A stretch of DNA of 64,000 nt from Octopus sinensis (Eukaryota), in contig NC_042999.1 of the NCBI RefSeq assembly GCF_006345805.1, positions 146,196,001 through 146,260,000 of the forward strand. Reading direction: 5' to 3'. Below are positions 1 through 13,109 of this stretch, piece after piece. Each line of letters starts with the position of its first letter. Positions within the stretch are counted from its first letter, which is position 1. The notes beneath the pieces are model-generated. The model saw only the letters and a program-made list of their open reading frames with translations. It was not told the DNA's origin and made no database searches. The position numbers and the translations under genes were made by a program.

Positions 1-749
1 AGAAAAGAACAGAAACGAAAATTTTTTATACTAAGAAGTAGAGTATCAATGATATTAATTATGTTCTTATGATAACGATCATTACAGCAATCACCTTACA
101 ACAACAATTTACAATATTTAATGGTGTCTATGGCATACTTATTTCCAAAAAAAATGTCTCAATCTCAAAAATCACCCAGGCGCCTTTAAGCTATAGTTGT
201 CCCAAATGCTCACAACTATAGACTAATTATAATCCAGACAGTCTCTTCTATCTAATGTCACTCCATAATAAGTTACTTTATACATACAGTAATATCTTCT
301 GTCATAGCAAATGTACTTTTGTAATGTGCTGCTAAATTGCTTTAAATATTACATTTTTTTCCTGAATATGTGCAACTGAAATTAAAATTTATCTGAGATA
401 CCTGTGTATCTCTTATGTCATCAAAGATGGTACTTGAAAATGGATAGTATTTACTCTTTTACTTGCTTCAGTCATTTGACTGCGGCCATGCTGGAGCACC
501 ACCTTTATTTCTTCATCATAATGATATTAATTGCCATATATCATTACTCTATTTAATTGGAGTTTATGTTGGATAAGACAGGTGATCTCTGCATAAGAGA
601 CAAGAGTACTTTTGTCAAAGTGCAATCTCCAGTCAGCTATGACTGAACAAACCTACAGCCAGTAAGTAGTTGGCTGGATGATAATCCACAGATATACCAT
701 GCTTCTGCTGATCTCAAGACTGTACTGCATACTTTGACACACACATACA

Positions 750-1284
750 AGAGTGCTGCTGCTGCTGCTTCTGCTTCTTCTTCTCCTCCTCCTCCATCTT
801 CCAATCAAGACTCATGCAATAGGCCACAAAGAATGATCTCTAATTCAAGCCTATTCTAAACTGCTTAGAATGCATGTGGAAACTTGAAGATCCATCCACC
901 ACACACGAAAGGTTGGCGGTTGCACAGGCATGAAAGCTACATTGTTATCCTCATTCCATAAACGGTGGCTTTTAACAGGTGGAGAGATGAACCATCCTGG
1001 GGTACAGAGGATTCGCAATCTAGACTAGGGTCTGAAAGTTTACCACACCATAGTGGGTTACACCATGGTTCCTTTGCTTTGCAGCTTTGTAGCAGAAGTA
1101 GGAAGAAAGAGTGAGAAAAAATTGTGAAAGAGTACAGCGGGGTTCACCACCCAACCCCCGCCAGGGCCTCATGGAGCTTAGGTGTTTTTGCTCAATAAAC
1201 ACTCACAATGCCCAGTTTCGAAATCGAAACCGCATTCTTACAACCGTGAGTCTGCTGCCCAAACCACTGGGCCATTGCGCCTCC
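750..1284 (-). mobile_element. tRNA-derived SINE (octopus OR-type), about 530 bp, with purine triplet-repeat tail
   Basis: Minus strand begins GGAGGCGCAATGGCCCAGTGG (A-box-like) followed by a B-box-like GGTTTCGATTTC. A diverged plus-strand copy of the same head lies at 40021-40205. Ends in (GAA/GCA)n near 750-790. Confidence 0.7.
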
Positions 1285-1544
1285 ATGGCTGTTGTCAGCA
1301 CTGACCAAGCAGGTCTAGGATGGAAGACAGTCCAGTCAAAATTATTTTGTCTTTTCCTTGCTTAAGATGACAGGGTGTGATATGAGGGAGATTTTGATAA
1401 TATTTCTAGTTAACCAAGTGATCACAGCAGGGGCAGCCAAGTTGAATTTGATAGCTAGTATTTCTCTGCATTAAGCAAAGGTGGTGTAAATCACAGAATA
1501 GTTTTTAGGACAAACAAGGCTAATTCTTATTGGCATTTCTTCCA

Positions 1545-1690
1545 GTGCTTTATATTCTTAGTTCAAATTCCAGCAAGATCAGCTTTGCCTTTCATCCTTT
1601 CAAGGCCAATAAAATAAGTGAGGGGCTGATGAAATTAACTTGCCCATTCCCCTGGAAACTATTGGTCTTGTGTCAAAATTAGTAAGGAAT
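1545..1690 (+). mobile_element. SINE family B fragment (core GCCTTTCATCCTTT...AATAAAATAAGT)
   Basis: Same core recurs on the minus strand at about 5905-6110, 16390-16560, 17450-17670, 55920-56097 and 62640-62830. Confidence 0.6.
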
Positions 1691-2189
1691 AATTTTTTAT
1701 TTATGTGTATTTCTTTTTATAGTCTGAGTGGAAAAGGCAGATTTTATGATAGAGTTGTAGTAGCGTTCTGGGATGTTATAAATACAACAAGGTACTTAAG
1801 AGTAATTGTACATAGACTGGCAGGGATTGTGAGCGATGAAGTTTACAGGGATTGACTTTTCATTTTTAGCATTTTTCATTCATGGCATAGATCATCAGTG
1901 TGCAGCCTGTGATGACGTACAATGAAATGTTTTACACACTTTGTAATTTATTAAGGTTTTGTTTTGAAGAGAATGAAGGCTTTGATAGGATCTGCATCAT
2001 CTATAATGGATGGAATGTATTTCTTGTACATTAACATCAACTGTTTCTTTACGTTGGCCAAACATGGTACCTATGAGTACTCTATGTATATTTGTGCATT
2101 GTCATTTGGTATTGAACCACTGCCCTCAATGCTTCATTTCTCTACATTGAGTAGTTCTTATCCTTGCTTGGTGACCTCACTGGTGCCAG

Positions 2190-2380
2190 TGCCACTAAAG
2201 AAAAACAAAGTGCCAAGTACACTCTGTAAAGTGGCTGGCATTAAGAAGGGCATCTAACAGTAGAAACCATGCCAAAGCAGACACTGGAGCTTGACACAGT
2301 CTTCTGGTTCACCAGGTCCTGCCAAACAGTCCAACCTATACCAGCATGGAAAACAGATGTTAAATGATGATGATGATGAT
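2190..2380 (+). mobile_element. RTE LINE 3' UTR fragment with (GAT)n tail
   Basis: Matches the 3' end of the RTE copies at 23125-24500 and 43765-45385. Confidence 0.7.
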
Positions 2381-3288
2381 ATGTATATATGTGAACATAG
2401 TAGTAGTATTGTATACATGACTTCTAGTATATTTGCCCTTTCTATGTGCGGTAGTATGTATGTGTATATGTTGTGTGGTGTAATTGTTGATTTTATTTGA
2501 TGTTCTCTAGAGCTGCTGGTAAGAAGGGAGGAAATAGTTTAGGTAGGTCTTACATGAAGTATATTGTTTTGGAGTCAGGTTTCTAGATGACCAATGCATG
2601 TTTGAGAAAGTGGTGCAGCTGTATGTGTCCTGATCTTACTACCCATTTAGACACAAAATAATTTAATAGAACCTTAAGTGACAAAACACTACATAGTCCA
2701 CAGGCCTATGGAGCAGAGAAAAACAACTCATTCAGTTGCCCCAAACGGGGCCTCATGGATCTCTCTTCTCATTCATTTATTTATCTACATGACCTTTCCA
2801 CCTTCCACTAGGTATACACAGCCTCTTAAGCAAACACCATCAAAGTCTCATCTTTCAATTTTATAAAATGCTATATTAATCTCTCTTATTATTATGAAGA
2901 TTTTAATTTATGAACAATAAAACTTAGTGGTATAGAACATCTAACAGATTTTATGCTACATTTACATGATATTTTTTTTTCACTTTTAACATGTTAAAAA
3001 CCACATGTAGCACAAGTGGTTCATTGAAAACTTCACAAAACTGCCATATGCACCACTTGTGGTACATTTTCATAATTTGAGAAAATACTTTATTCTCTAT
3101 CTTTGATATGGTTTCAAGGATATTTAAATAACATGAATGCTAAATATTAAAGTTTAATTATGAAATATTGCAAAAACACAAAAAAAAAATTACATTTCCT
3201 TGTAATCAAACAGTGTGACCACGAAATACATGGTGCCACCAGTGAGTTCCAGTAACAGGCCATGGTGGTTATTGTGCTAATCTTTATT

Positions 3289-3645
3289 TTATTACCTCTG
3301 CCTTCGCTAAGGTAGAGGTATTGTTTCCAGTCATGTTTGTTTGTTTGTCCATGGACAAGATATCTCAAGAACCACTGGATGGATTTGGATGAAACTTTCA
3401 AGGATATTTGGCCTCATGACTTAGATTTTGTGATCGATTCGGTGCTGGACAAGGATTCTGGATTATTTTTCTGTTTTTTTTGCTAAATTTTTGAGAGTGG
3501 TTGGGTTCATTTACAGTATTCTCGTTTGTGAGAGCAGTCAAGTTTATTTCAGATATTCTCATTTTAAAAATCCTCTCTTTCTAATTGTTGAGACGACGTT
3601 GGTATGGCTGATATGTTATCTTTACTACCAATTTACCAAACTTTT
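3289..3645 (+). mobile_element. Helentron-associated (HINE-like) non-autonomous element
   Basis: TTATTACCTCTGCCTT-CGCT-AAGGTAGAGGTA subterminal hairpin (3293-3320), then a (GTTT)n microsatellite and the GGATGGATTTGGATGAAACTTTCA motif typical of this class. Confidence 0.5.
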
Positions 3646-3648
3646 ATT

Positions 3649-5660
3649 AGGATTCAATTCAATTCAATTCAATTTTTATTGGCTCAAAAAGCAAAAGCAA
3701 GGTCATGTAGGGGGACAAGGAGTTATGTACATGGAGGGTGGTCATACAAAGAGATCAGGCATTTTCTGGTCAAGAGAGACTTTGAACCGAGCGGTCGTTG
3801 GCATCTTCACTATCTCGTCTGGTAGCTTATTCCATGGATCTGCAACCCGGACAGAGAAAGCCCCTCTCCTTCGATTGAGATAAAATCGTCGTAGATAGAG
3901 CTTTTCGTAGTGACCCCGCAACCCACGCTCTGGAGCAGGAGTGAAGAACAGCTCTTTTGAGAGGTTACACTTTCCGCTTATGATGTTGTGAGCGAGAATG
4001 AGATCACCACAGCGTCGTCGTTTTTCAAGAGAATAAAGGTCGAGCGTCTTCAGCCTTTCTTCATAAGACAAATGCTTGAGACCAAGAACCATGCAGGTAG
4101 CCAGCTTCTGGACTCTTTCGAGATGATGTATGTCTTTGAGGAGATAAGGAGAAGAGGCTTGAATCACATACTCTCCAATATGGGTCTCACCAGCGTGACA
4201 TAGAGCGGTAGGAATATGGCTGCTGTGAGCATTCCGAATGACCATCGAATCAAAAATAGAACTCCGCGTGCTTTGTTCGCAGCATGGACGCATTGGGCCA
4301 AAGGCGAAAAGGATGAATCCACCAAGATACCCAGGTCCTTTACTTGGTCGGTCTTCTCCAGCAGCAGACGACCCAGCTCGAAATCAGGTTGAGTTGCAGG
4401 AGAGGAGCCAACAGGCAGATGACAGCACTTTGACACATTCAGACACAGGTCCCATTCATTTGACCATCTCCAAACTTGGTGGAGGCATCAACGAAGATCA
4501 TCTATATCACTGCGAGGAGTGACCAGTTTGACATCGTCAGCAAATAGAAGGGTGTGTTGCGTGAGGTCATCGGGCAAATCATTGATGAAGACTAAAAACA
4601 ATAACAGCCCAAGCACTGAACCTTGAGACACACCATAGCTCGCACTGGAGACATCGGACAGTGAACCATTAACTTGGACTTGGAAGGAGTGATCTGAGAG
4701 GAAGGCACCAACCCATCATACGATATCTGGATGGAAACGATATGCTTGAAGCTTGACAAGTAATAGGTGGTGGTTAACCGAGTCAAAAGCTTTGGCAAAG
4801 TCCAATAAAATGATGTCAACAGCATCACCATCATCCAGGATACGTGTCACCAATTCTTCCATTACCAGTAAGTTGGTCAAGCATGATCTCTTTGGCATGA
4901 AGCCATGTTGGGAATCAGAGATAGAGGCTGTGTTTTGGAGGTGGGGCAACATACTTTTCTTGAGGATGGTTTCGAACATCTTGCTGATTATTGAAGGGAA
5001 ACCGGTTGGTAGTTAAGCAGGTCTTCACGGTTCCCTTTCTTGAAAATCAGGCAGATTATCACTGTTCTCCAGTTCGCATATTGAATAGAAGTGTTAAAGG
5101 TCTGCAGATGACTGGAGCCAATGATTTGATAACCTGTGGGTGTATGCTGTTAGGGCCATGACTCTTGTTGACATCGAGGCCTTGAATAACACGTTCGACT
5201 TTGTCATGAGTGATGACCAATCTAGGCATTGGAGGTACCGATCTATCAAATGGAGGGGGTTCTCAACCATCATCTTGTTTGAAAATTGTCGAAAAAGCCT
5301 CGGCAAATAACTGACTCTGCTAAAAGGGTCCTCAATTTATACGCCTGTTGAGTCTATCAACGTTGCAATTTGGTTGTTCAAGCAGGAATTCCGTTGGACA
5401 TGGGCAAAGAAGGTTTTTGGATTGCAACTGGCATTTGCCACGATTCTGCATTCATATCTGAAGCGTTCTTCCTTTTCAATTTTCACGGCTCGGTCTCGTT
5501 GAGTTTTGTATACCTCAAAAGCTGCAGTCAAATCTTGATTTTTGAATTCAGCCCAAGCAATATCTCTAAGTCGAAGTTCTCGTTTAACCTTCTTCATCAC
5601 CCAGGGCTTGTGTTTCTTCTTCTTGGGAAGCCCAATGGGAACTGCTTGGTCAGTCAACCA
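3649..5660 (-). mobile_element. 5'-truncated CR1-clade LINE, ORF2 pseudogene (RT + C-terminal domain)
   Basis: QHGFMPKRSCLTNLL, LDFAKAFDSVNH, GVSQGSVLG...FINDLP...LFADDVKL (4530-4640), LSYEERLKTLDLYSLEKRR. Several stops and frameshifts. (TTGAA)n tail at 3651-3672. Confidence 0.93.
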
Positions 5661-5904
5661 GATTACATATGTTTTGATTCATAGCATTGACTCCAAGTAG
5701 GAGAAATATGTTTGGCAATCTCATGAGACACCCCTGCAGTGATGTTTGCTTCACTCTGATATATGTTGTTTTAAGTACATGTTGATAAAGAGAATTTCTC
5801 TCAGGCAGAAACCACAGCATCATGTCTTTCAACAATGTATATGCCTTTAATATACTATACAAATAGCAATTTAAATTTCTTTTGGTTAGACACTAGACTA
5901 CTTT

Positions 5905-6110
5905 GCTTCAAAGATGTCTAAAATATTAGTTTCAAATTTTGACACAAGACTAGCAATTTCATTTGAGGGGTGAAGTCGATTACATTGACCCCAGTACTCT
6001 GAAAGGATGAAAGGCAAAGTCACCCTTTGCAGAATTTGAACTCAGAATGTAAAGATGGACAAAATGTCAGTAAGCATGTTGCCTAGTGTACCAATGATAC
6101 TGGTAGGTCA
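5905..6110 (-). mobile_element. SINE family B
   Basis: GAAAGGATGAAAGGCAAAGTC...GAATTTGAACTCAGAA, the reverse complement of a tRNA-like head plus core. Confidence 0.7.
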
Positions 6111-6508
6111 TTGACCTAAGGATGTCTAAAATATTACTTGTAGTTGATAGAATGAAATCAAAAATCATTCTTAGTAGTGACCTGAACTCATGTTGAAGGA
6201 AGACCAACTTAGATACTTCAAAAATATTATAATGACAGTAATAATCTTCTCTTTCCTTTCCTTTTTTATTTTTAAAGCTCATTGAGATGAAATGTAAAGC
6301 ATTATCAGACAGATATTTGAATAAACAGTGAATTCAGAGGAGACTAAGTACAATAACACATTCTTCTGTTGTATGGTTTCTACTAAGGAAAATTTCTTTA
6401 ATAACCAATCTATATGTGTGAAAGGAAACCGAACAAAGCTCAGATAACAAAAGGAGAATTAACAGAGAGAAACAAGAATGAAAATATGAAAAGAGCTTCA
6501 TATATTAC

Positions 6509-6590
6509 CATCCATAACAGCACCAAAGTAATCTGCTTGTGGTGAGGCAGCACAATGAGTAACAAATGACTGGGGTTTCACTTCACTCTG
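6509..6590 (-). CDS. WDR93: WD repeat-containing protein 93 (CFAP297), coding exon 4
   Basis: ttatcag|CAG AGT...ATG GAT G|gtaata. 82 nt, phase 0 to 1. QSEVKPQSFVTHCAASPQADYFGAVMD(G) aligns with the recalled human [27 protein letters not shown]. Confidence 0.8.
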
Positions 6591-6654
6591 CTGATAAATG
6601 CAATAGAAATGGAAGTCAAGAAGATATCTCGAATAATAACACAGTTTCTATATA

Positions 6655-6890
6655 TTTTCATGTATGTGCATGAGTGTATGAGTGTGTATGTGTATATATA
6701 TATATATGTATGTATGTATGTATATATGTATGTATGTATGTATGTATATATGTATGTATGTATGTATGTATATATATATATGTATGTATGTATGTATGTA
6801 TATATGTATGTATGTATATATATGTATGTATGTATATATATATATATATGTATATATATATGTATGTACATATATATGTATGTATGTATA
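6655..6890. repeat. (TATG)n/(TA)n compound microsatellite
   Basis: Direct inspection. Explains the YIYIHT/MYVCM ORFs. Confidence 0.95.
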
Positions 6891-7175
6891 AGCCAGTGCC
6901 GCCTCGACTGGCTTCCGTGCAGGTGGCACGTAAAATGCACCAATCCGACCGTGGCCGATGCCAGCCTCGCCTGGCACCAGTGCAGATGGCACGTAAAAAG
7001 CACCCACTACACTCACGGAGTGGTTGGTGTTAGGAAGGGCATCCAGCTGTAGAAACATTGCCAGATAAGACCGGAGCCTGGTGCAGCCTTCTGGCTTCCC
7101 AGATCCCCGGTCAAACTGTCCAACCCATGCTAGCATGGAGAATGGACGTTAAACGATGATGATGATGATGATGAT
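6891..7175 (+). mobile_element. RTE LINE 3' UTR (5'-truncated) with (GAT)n tail
   Basis: Two GGTGGCACGTAAAA-GCACC units, then GGAAGGGCATCCAGCTGTAGAAAC...GACGTTAAACGATGATGAT. Near-identical to 19035-19335 and 42113-42408. Confidence 0.85.
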
Positions 7176-7202
7176 ATATATGTATGTATATATAAATGAA
7201 TG

Positions 7203-7250
<48 letters not shown>

Positions 7251-7700
7251 TGTGTGTGTATATAAATAAAACAAATGAAAGACAATATGGAATATACGAG
7301 AATATATTATTAATCACAACTATTGTTTCGACGCATCTAGCATCGACTCCTCTTGTGAGACACATAAAAAAACTAGTTCAGGAGTATCTGGTGGTGCAGA
7401 CATATTTCATCGGATGATAAATAAATAAAAAAACTCGTTAAAATGGCTGTTTCATAATATTCACAGACATATTTATAAGTATACATACATGTGGATATGT
7501 GCGTGAGCATATAGATAGAGAAATATATATATAGAGAGAAAGTGAGAGGGAGAGAGGAATTTCATAGAACAAACAGGAGAAATAGAATTCAATACCTGAC
7601 TATGTATACTATTTCAATATTTCTAATCAGTGGTAAGTGACATGTAGCAAACTTTGTAAAATACACATACACATGCTTATATACATGCATGCATATATAC

Positions 7701-7733
<33 letters not shown>

Positions 7734-7742
7734 TCTATCTAT

Positions 7743-8040
7743 CTATCCACTCAGTCGAAGTCGACTCTCGGTTACTTGTTGGATCAGTGTCCTCCAGTCA
7801 GTTCTTTCCTGGGTCGCTTCTTTCAGATTGGCTGTGTCCATTCTGGTATCACTCTTGATGGTGTCAAGCCAGCGGGTCCTTGGTCGGCCTCTTCCTCTCT
7901 TGCCACTGACCATTCCAAGCATGATGTCCTTCTCCAGGGATTTTCTCCGCATATGACCGAAATATGCCAATCTATGCTTGGTGAGCTTAGCTTCTAGTGA
8001 CATTTTTGGCCTGATCTGCTTAAGAACTTCTCCATTAATG
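7743..8040 (-). mobile_element. RTE (BovB-like) ORF2 C-terminal fragment
   Basis: RLAYFGHMRRKSLEKDIMLGMVSGKRGRGRPRTRWLDTIK...WRTLIQQVTESRLRL*. Confidence 0.85.
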
Positions 8041-8129
8041 TCCAGCACATGCCAACATGGAAAACAGACATTAAATGATGATGATGATGACATATATATA
8101 TGTCATTCATTTGTATAAATATGTGTTAT

Positions 8130-8368
8130 ACACACACATATCTTTGCATGGCTCAGTGGTTAGAGTGTCAGGCTCACAATCATGGAGTAGTGAGTTCAAT
8201 ACGTGGAACTGGCTGTGTTCTTGAACATACGTAGGCTTGAATGGAATGAAGCTAGTATGATCCACTGAATGTGTAATGTCAGTGTGCATACACGACAGAG
8301 TGTAAGCGCCCTGAGAGAAAAGTAGGGCATAAGAAGCATCAAATGTGGTGTGCAAGAGAGACGACTAT
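8130..8368 (+). mobile_element. SINE family C head fused to an internal RTE fragment
   Basis: TGGCTCAGTGGTTAGAGTGTCAGGCTCACAATCATG...GAGTTCAA head, then RTE sequence (...AGAGAAAAGTAGGGCATAAGAAGCATCAAATGTGGTGTGCAAGAGAGACG) like 44660-44725. Confidence 0.6.
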
Positions 8369-8958
8369 GTCTCTGCAGATTTCTCATCAGGAAAATCAAG
8401 GAACTTATGTCGACATCAAAATGCACAAAAAACTTTTAGCTGACCGCTCTCAAGGAGCCCATGGCGATAATGAGTATCTCTTTATAAGGAGTGACATCAG
8501 AGTGGCTGAATGTAGAAGACTCTAGAAGGTTCTAAAGGTTCAAGGGTTCAAACGAAGTAGGAGGAGGGAGGCATAAGAATAGTAAGGTGAGAGAGTGCAG
8601 GTCAAAAGAATGGTGGGTTTAAATGATTTCTTTTATGAATGAGTGCCTGTGTGTGTGACTGTATATAACTGTCTTAATGTGTGTATGAATGCGTGATTGT
8701 GTTTGTGGATGGGTAGATGTCAGAAAACTGACAGCTGTGAGGTGAGAGGTCTGTGTCTTTGATTATGTTTACTGTAGAGAAAGGAAAGTAGATAGCGAAA
8801 GGGAGAAAGAATCGGGCGAGGTGAGAGGCAACGTAAGAATGGATAGTAGTAATTGGGAATATAAGAAAATCTTTTTGACTATTGGTGTGAAATATAGCAA
8901 AAATTTTTTTGGAAATCGAGGGGTTATCTATATTAGTCACTATTTATATGAGTGAAAG

Positions 8959-9228
8959 GTGTGTCTTTTCCAGTGTAAACACCTGTAGGATCTTTTGACG
9001 ATTGTATTTATTAAAGGGACTTTGGCGAACAAAATATGAAAAAGTTTCTGCCTTTATCAAACGGGAAGGACACCGACAAAATGGACCGGTGTCCTTCCCG
9101 TTTGATAAAGGCAGAAAATTTTGTGGCATCTGTAATTCCGAACTTTTTCATATTTTGTTCGCCAAAGTCCCTTTAATAAATACAATCGTCGAAAGATCCT
9201 ACAGGTGTTTACACTGGAAAAGACACAC
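8959..9228. repeat. Nested fold-back palindrome (88-bp outer arms, 31-bp inner arms)
   Basis: 8959-9046 is the reverse complement of 9141-9228 (1 mismatch). 9045-9075 is the reverse complement of 9087-9117 (perfect). 11-nt loop. Confidence 0.95.
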
Positions 9229-9584
9229 AGATGCTATAGTGGAAGATACTTGACCAAGATACCATGCAGAGGGACTGAACCTGATGTTAAATAAGGAACT
9301 AAGCTTCTTAACCACCTGGCCATACCTATGTATATATACAAACACACAGCAACCTATTTACAGATACAGAGTATAGTATATTTGCATCAATAAACATATA
9401 CATAGATAAATATATGCATATGAATATATATTTGATGAATCTTGAAGTTTCTCTTCTCTCTAATATAAGATATTTTGAAGTTGTAAACTTTGTAATGTAA
9501 ATTTCATCATCATAAAATTATAGCCATGTATGTGTGTATCCATGTACATGTGTGTGTGAATGAGTGTATACATATATATATATA

Positions 9585-9974
9585 TTCTCTTTTACTCTTT
9601 TACTTGTTTCAGTCATTTGACTGCGGCCATGCTGGAGCACCGCCTTTAATCGAACAACTCGACCTCAGGACTTATTCTTTTGTAAGCCCAGTACTTATTC
9701 TATCAGTCTCTTTTCCCGAACCGCTAGGTAACGGGGACATAAACACACTAGCATCGGTCATCATGCAATGCTAGGGGGACAAACACAGACACGCATATAT
9801 ATACATATATACGACGGGCTTCTTTCAGTTTCCATCTACCAAATCCACTCACAAGGCGTTGGTCGGCCTGAGGCTATAGTAGAAGACATTTGCCCAAGGT
9901 GCCATGCAGTGGGACTGAACCCAGAACCATGTGGTTGGTAAACAAGCTACTTACCACACAGCCACTCCTGCGCC

Positions 9975-9975
<1 letters not shown>
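9585..9975 (-). mobile_element. SINE family A (about 400 bp, tRNA-like head, internal microsatellite, GAGTAAA-type tail)
   Basis: Head GGCGCAGGAGTGGCTGTGTGGTAAG...GGTTCAGTCCCACTG...TTGGGCAAATGTCTTC. Further copies or fragments at 457-512, 13120-13525, 16790-17335, 36560-36960, 43020-43520, 46015-46200, 47870-48180, 55720-55870 and 63960-64000. Confidence 0.85.
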
Positions 9976-10008
<33 letters not shown>

Positions 10009-10275
10009 CATATATCATTATCATCACTTAACATCTGTTGTCCATGTTGGAATGGGTTGGTTTGACCAGGAGGCTAGCAAGCTGGAAGGCTACACCAGAC
10101 TCCAGTCTAATTTGACAGCTGGATACTCTTCCTAATGCCAATCACATATTTATGTGTGTGTGTATGTATATAAGTATGAATGTATGGATGAATAAACACA
10201 CACACTTGTGATGTTTTTTGACACATCATTTAAAACTAATTTCCAAGAGTAGAAAATATTAAAAATCTTGCGTAC

Positions 10276-10343
10276 CTGATCTGGCAGAGAAAATGTAAGG
10301 ATGAGATTGTTGGGTGCTCTGAACATGAATATACGAGCAGTTC
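10276..10343 (-). CDS. WDR93: WDR93 coding exon 3
   Basis: ctttatattttacag|GA ACT GCT...GAT CAG|gtacgc. 68 nt, phase 1 to 0. (G)TARIFMFRAPNNLILTFSLPDQ vs recalled human [22 protein letters not shown]. Confidence 0.82.
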
Positions 10344-10682
10344 CTGTAAAATATAAAGGAAGTCCCATATTAAAAATCTACTTAATTCAACAAGGACAAG
10401 TTAGAAATTAGCAAGATAAAGAAAGTAGAAGACAGATATTTGTGTTCATATATATATAATATCATCTTGATATCATACTTAATATATTTATTTCATCTAT
10501 CTCTATATCTTATATTTATCATAAATATTTAAATTTAAATATAAATATAAGATATAGAGATAGATAAAATAAATAGATAAATCTATATAAAGTGCATAGA
10601 TACAAATAACATACGAAATGAACCCATACACACACATAAACACAGAAGAAATTTCACGGACAGCCACACTAATGTCAACAAC

Positions 10683-10713
<31 letters not shown>

Positions 10714-10794
10714 TGATTGATTTTTGATTTTTCCAGTTTCAGCTAATGAGCTGTGGCCATGCTGGGGCACCGCCATTTAAAATACTGCGAGTAT

Positions 10795-10850
10795 TTTAAA
10801 TGTATATGTATATATATATATATGTATGTATGTATGTATATATATATATA

Positions 10851-10886
<36 letters not shown>

Positions 10887-10891
10887 TATAT

Positions 10892-10962
<71 letters not shown>

Positions 10963-10968
10963 GATATA

Positions 10969-11020
<52 letters not shown>

Positions 11021-11148
11021 CATGTATATATATATATATATACATGTATATATATATATACATGTATATATATATATATATATAATACATGTATATATAT
11101 TATATATATGTATATATATATATACATATGTATATATATATATACATG

Positions 11149-11186
<38 letters not shown>

Positions 11187-11205
11187 TTATGTATGTATGT
11201 ATGTA

Positions 11206-11295
<90 letters not shown>

Positions 11296-11360
11296 ATGTA
11301 TGTATGTATGTACGTATATGTATATATATTATATATATATATATGTATATATATATATAC

Positions 11361-11394
<34 letters not shown>

Positions 11395-11471
11395 CGTATA
11401 TATATATATATGTATGTATGTTATGTATGTACGTATATGTATATATATGTATGTATGTATGTACGTATATG

Positions 11472-11509
<38 letters not shown>

Positions 11510-11554
11510 CGTATATATATATTATATGTATGTATGTATGTATGTACGTATATG

Positions 11555-11592
<38 letters not shown>

Positions 11593-11691
11593 TTACATGT
11601 ATATATATATAGATATATATATATATATAATGTATATATATATAATATATGTATATATATATATATACATATGTATATATATATATACATG

Positions 11692-11744
<53 letters not shown>

Positions 11745-11774
11745 GTATGTACGTATATGTATATATATATATAG

Positions 11775-11818
<44 letters not shown>

Positions 11819-11903
11819 TATATATGTATATATATATATATATATGTATGTTGTATGTATGTATGTACGTATATGTAATATATATATATATATATATATA
11901 TTG

Positions 11904-11934
<31 letters not shown>

Positions 11935-12115
11935 GTATATATATAATACATGTATATATATATATATGTATGTATGTATGTATGTACGTATATGTATATA
12001 TATATGTATGTATGTATGTACGTATATGTATATATATATATCTATATATATATATATATATATATATACGTATATATATATTATATATGTATGTATGTAT
12101 GTATGTACGTATATG

Positions 12116-12155
<40 letters not shown>

Positions 12156-12586
12156 TATACATATATATATTATATATATGTATATGTATGTATGTATGTA
12201 CGTATATGTATATATATTATATATATATATATGTATATATATATATAACATATATATATATATAGATATATATATATATACGTATATATATATATATTAT
12301 ATATATATGTATATATGTATGTATGTACGTATATATATGTATGTACGTACGTATATATATGTATGTATATGTACGTATATATATATGTATGTATGTACGT
12401 ATATATATATATGTATGTATGTATGTACGTATATATATATATGTATGTATGTACGTATATTATATATATATATATGTATGTATGTACGTATATATATATG
12501 TATGTATGTACGTATATATATAATATATGTATGTATGTATGTATGTATATATATATATATGTATGTATGTATTATGTACGTATATG

Positions 12587-12624
<38 letters not shown>

Positions 12625-12680
12625 CATATATATTATATATGTATATATATGTATGTACGTATATGTATATATATATATAG

Positions 12681-12712
<32 letters not shown>

Positions 12713-13032
12713 CTATATATATATATATATGTATGTATGTATGTACGTACGTATATGTATATATTATATATATATGTATATATGTATGTATGTACGTATA
12801 TATATGTATGTACGTATATATATGTATGTATGTATGTACGTATATATGTATGTATGTACGTATATATATATATGTATGTATGTATGTACGTATATATATA
12901 TATGTATGTATGTACGTATATATATATATATATATGTATGTATGTACGTATATATATATGTATGTATGTACGTATATAATATATATATGTATGTATGTAT
13001 GTATATATATATAATATATGTATGTATGTATG

Positions 13033-13065
<33 letters not shown>

Positions 13066-13069
13066 GTAC

Positions 13070-13109
<40 letters not shown>

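Noticed and set aside
191-221. Perfect 10-bp hairpin CTATAGTTGT/ACAACTATAG
   Set aside because: Short and isolated, with no associated element ends.
3194-3276. Minus-strand segment HNNHHGLLLELTGGTMYFVVTLFDYKE with a GT donor
   Set aside because: Poor acceptor context, incompatible with phase 1 after exon 4, and no match to recalled WDR93.
6134-6270. Possible WDR93 exon 5 (DYYCHYNIFEVSKLVFLQHEF)
   Set aside because: Phase-1 acceptors lie in a purine run with no pyrimidine tract, and similarity is weak.
8370-8950. Possible Penelope 3' end on the minus strand
   Set aside because: Only vague peptide similarity and a truncated CCTGATGAG. Too weak to list as a feature.
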